Source: a virus. From it: a stretch of DNA of 13,657 bases. The position numbers were made by a program, and so were the translations under genes. Shown here one piece after another: positions 13,626 through 13,657 of the stretch; position 1 is the stretch's first letter, and every line of letters starts with the position of its first letter. The notes beneath the pieces were generated by a model that saw only the letters and a list, made by a program, of their open reading frames with translations, made no database searches and had not been told where the DNA came from. The stretch is from the UHGV virus genome UHGV-0069434; one strand, given 5' to 3'.

Positions 13626-13657
13626 ATGACCAGAATGAGCACCATTTACAGCAGACT
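13626..13657 (+). CDS. Start of next gene (partial, MTRMSTIYSR...), function unknown
   Basis: ATG at 13626 preceded by GGAGGTGAGG. Only 10 codons are in the window. Confidence 0.3.
   Translation, partial: MTRMSTIYSR

Larger units (their letters stand above)
1..13657. mobile_element. Lambdoid prophage, early/regulatory region (CPS-53/KplE1-like gene content and order)
   Basis: Gene content and order typical of lambdoid phages: excisionase-like gene, early-left accessory genes, cI/cro/CII module with operators, replication initiator with iterons, RusA, antirepressor, Q-like gene, then promoter/terminator pair. Prophage ends and att sites are not in the window. Confidence 0.8.

Noticed and set aside
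1-13657. CRISPR array, rRNA, insertion sequence or transposase
   Set aside because: No regularly spaced direct repeats with unique spacers, no rRNA-like conserved stretches, no transposase-like ORF or terminal inverted repeats bounding a transposase. The only tandem repeats are the iterons inside the replication gene.

Overview
This window reads as the early/regulatory half of a lambdoid enterobacterial prophage that resembles an intact relative of the E. coli CPS-53/KplE1 remnant. All calls are from reading the sequence and ORF track by eye; no database search was run, and coordinates I derived myself (motifs, hairpins, refined starts) may be off by 1-2 nt. Layout, left to right: (1) a leftward early operon on the minus strand: a partial excisionase-family HTH gene, then genes matching yfdT/yfdS/yfdR/yfdQ/yfdP by length and order (101, 120, 178, 274, 120 aa), including an HD-domain phosphohydrolase. 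(2) An immunity region: cI-like S24-peptidase repressor with a downstream hairpin terminator, palindromic TTGC-N7-GCAA operators on both sides, divergent promoters, a cro-like and a CII-like gene. (3) A long translationally coupled rightward operon: O-like replication initiator with embedded 15-bp iterons (putative ori), a phage Dam-family N6-adenine methyltransferase, a 665-aa cytosine-5 methyltransferase, RusA, a Rha/KilAC antirepressor, an HNH-like protein and a putative Q-like antiterminator. (4) A promoter-like region and strong intrinsic terminator, then a cargo locus with a small ORF and a third, beta-class amino-methyltransferase, and the start of the next gene. No rRNA, tRNA or CRISPR array was seen. 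The most interesting candidates are the C5-methyltransferase with about seven tandem TRD-like repeats (possible multispecific enzyme), the roughly 590-bp structured non-coding leader with a perfect 15-bp inverted repeat, the uncharacterised early-left yfdP-T module, and the three-methyltransferase complement.
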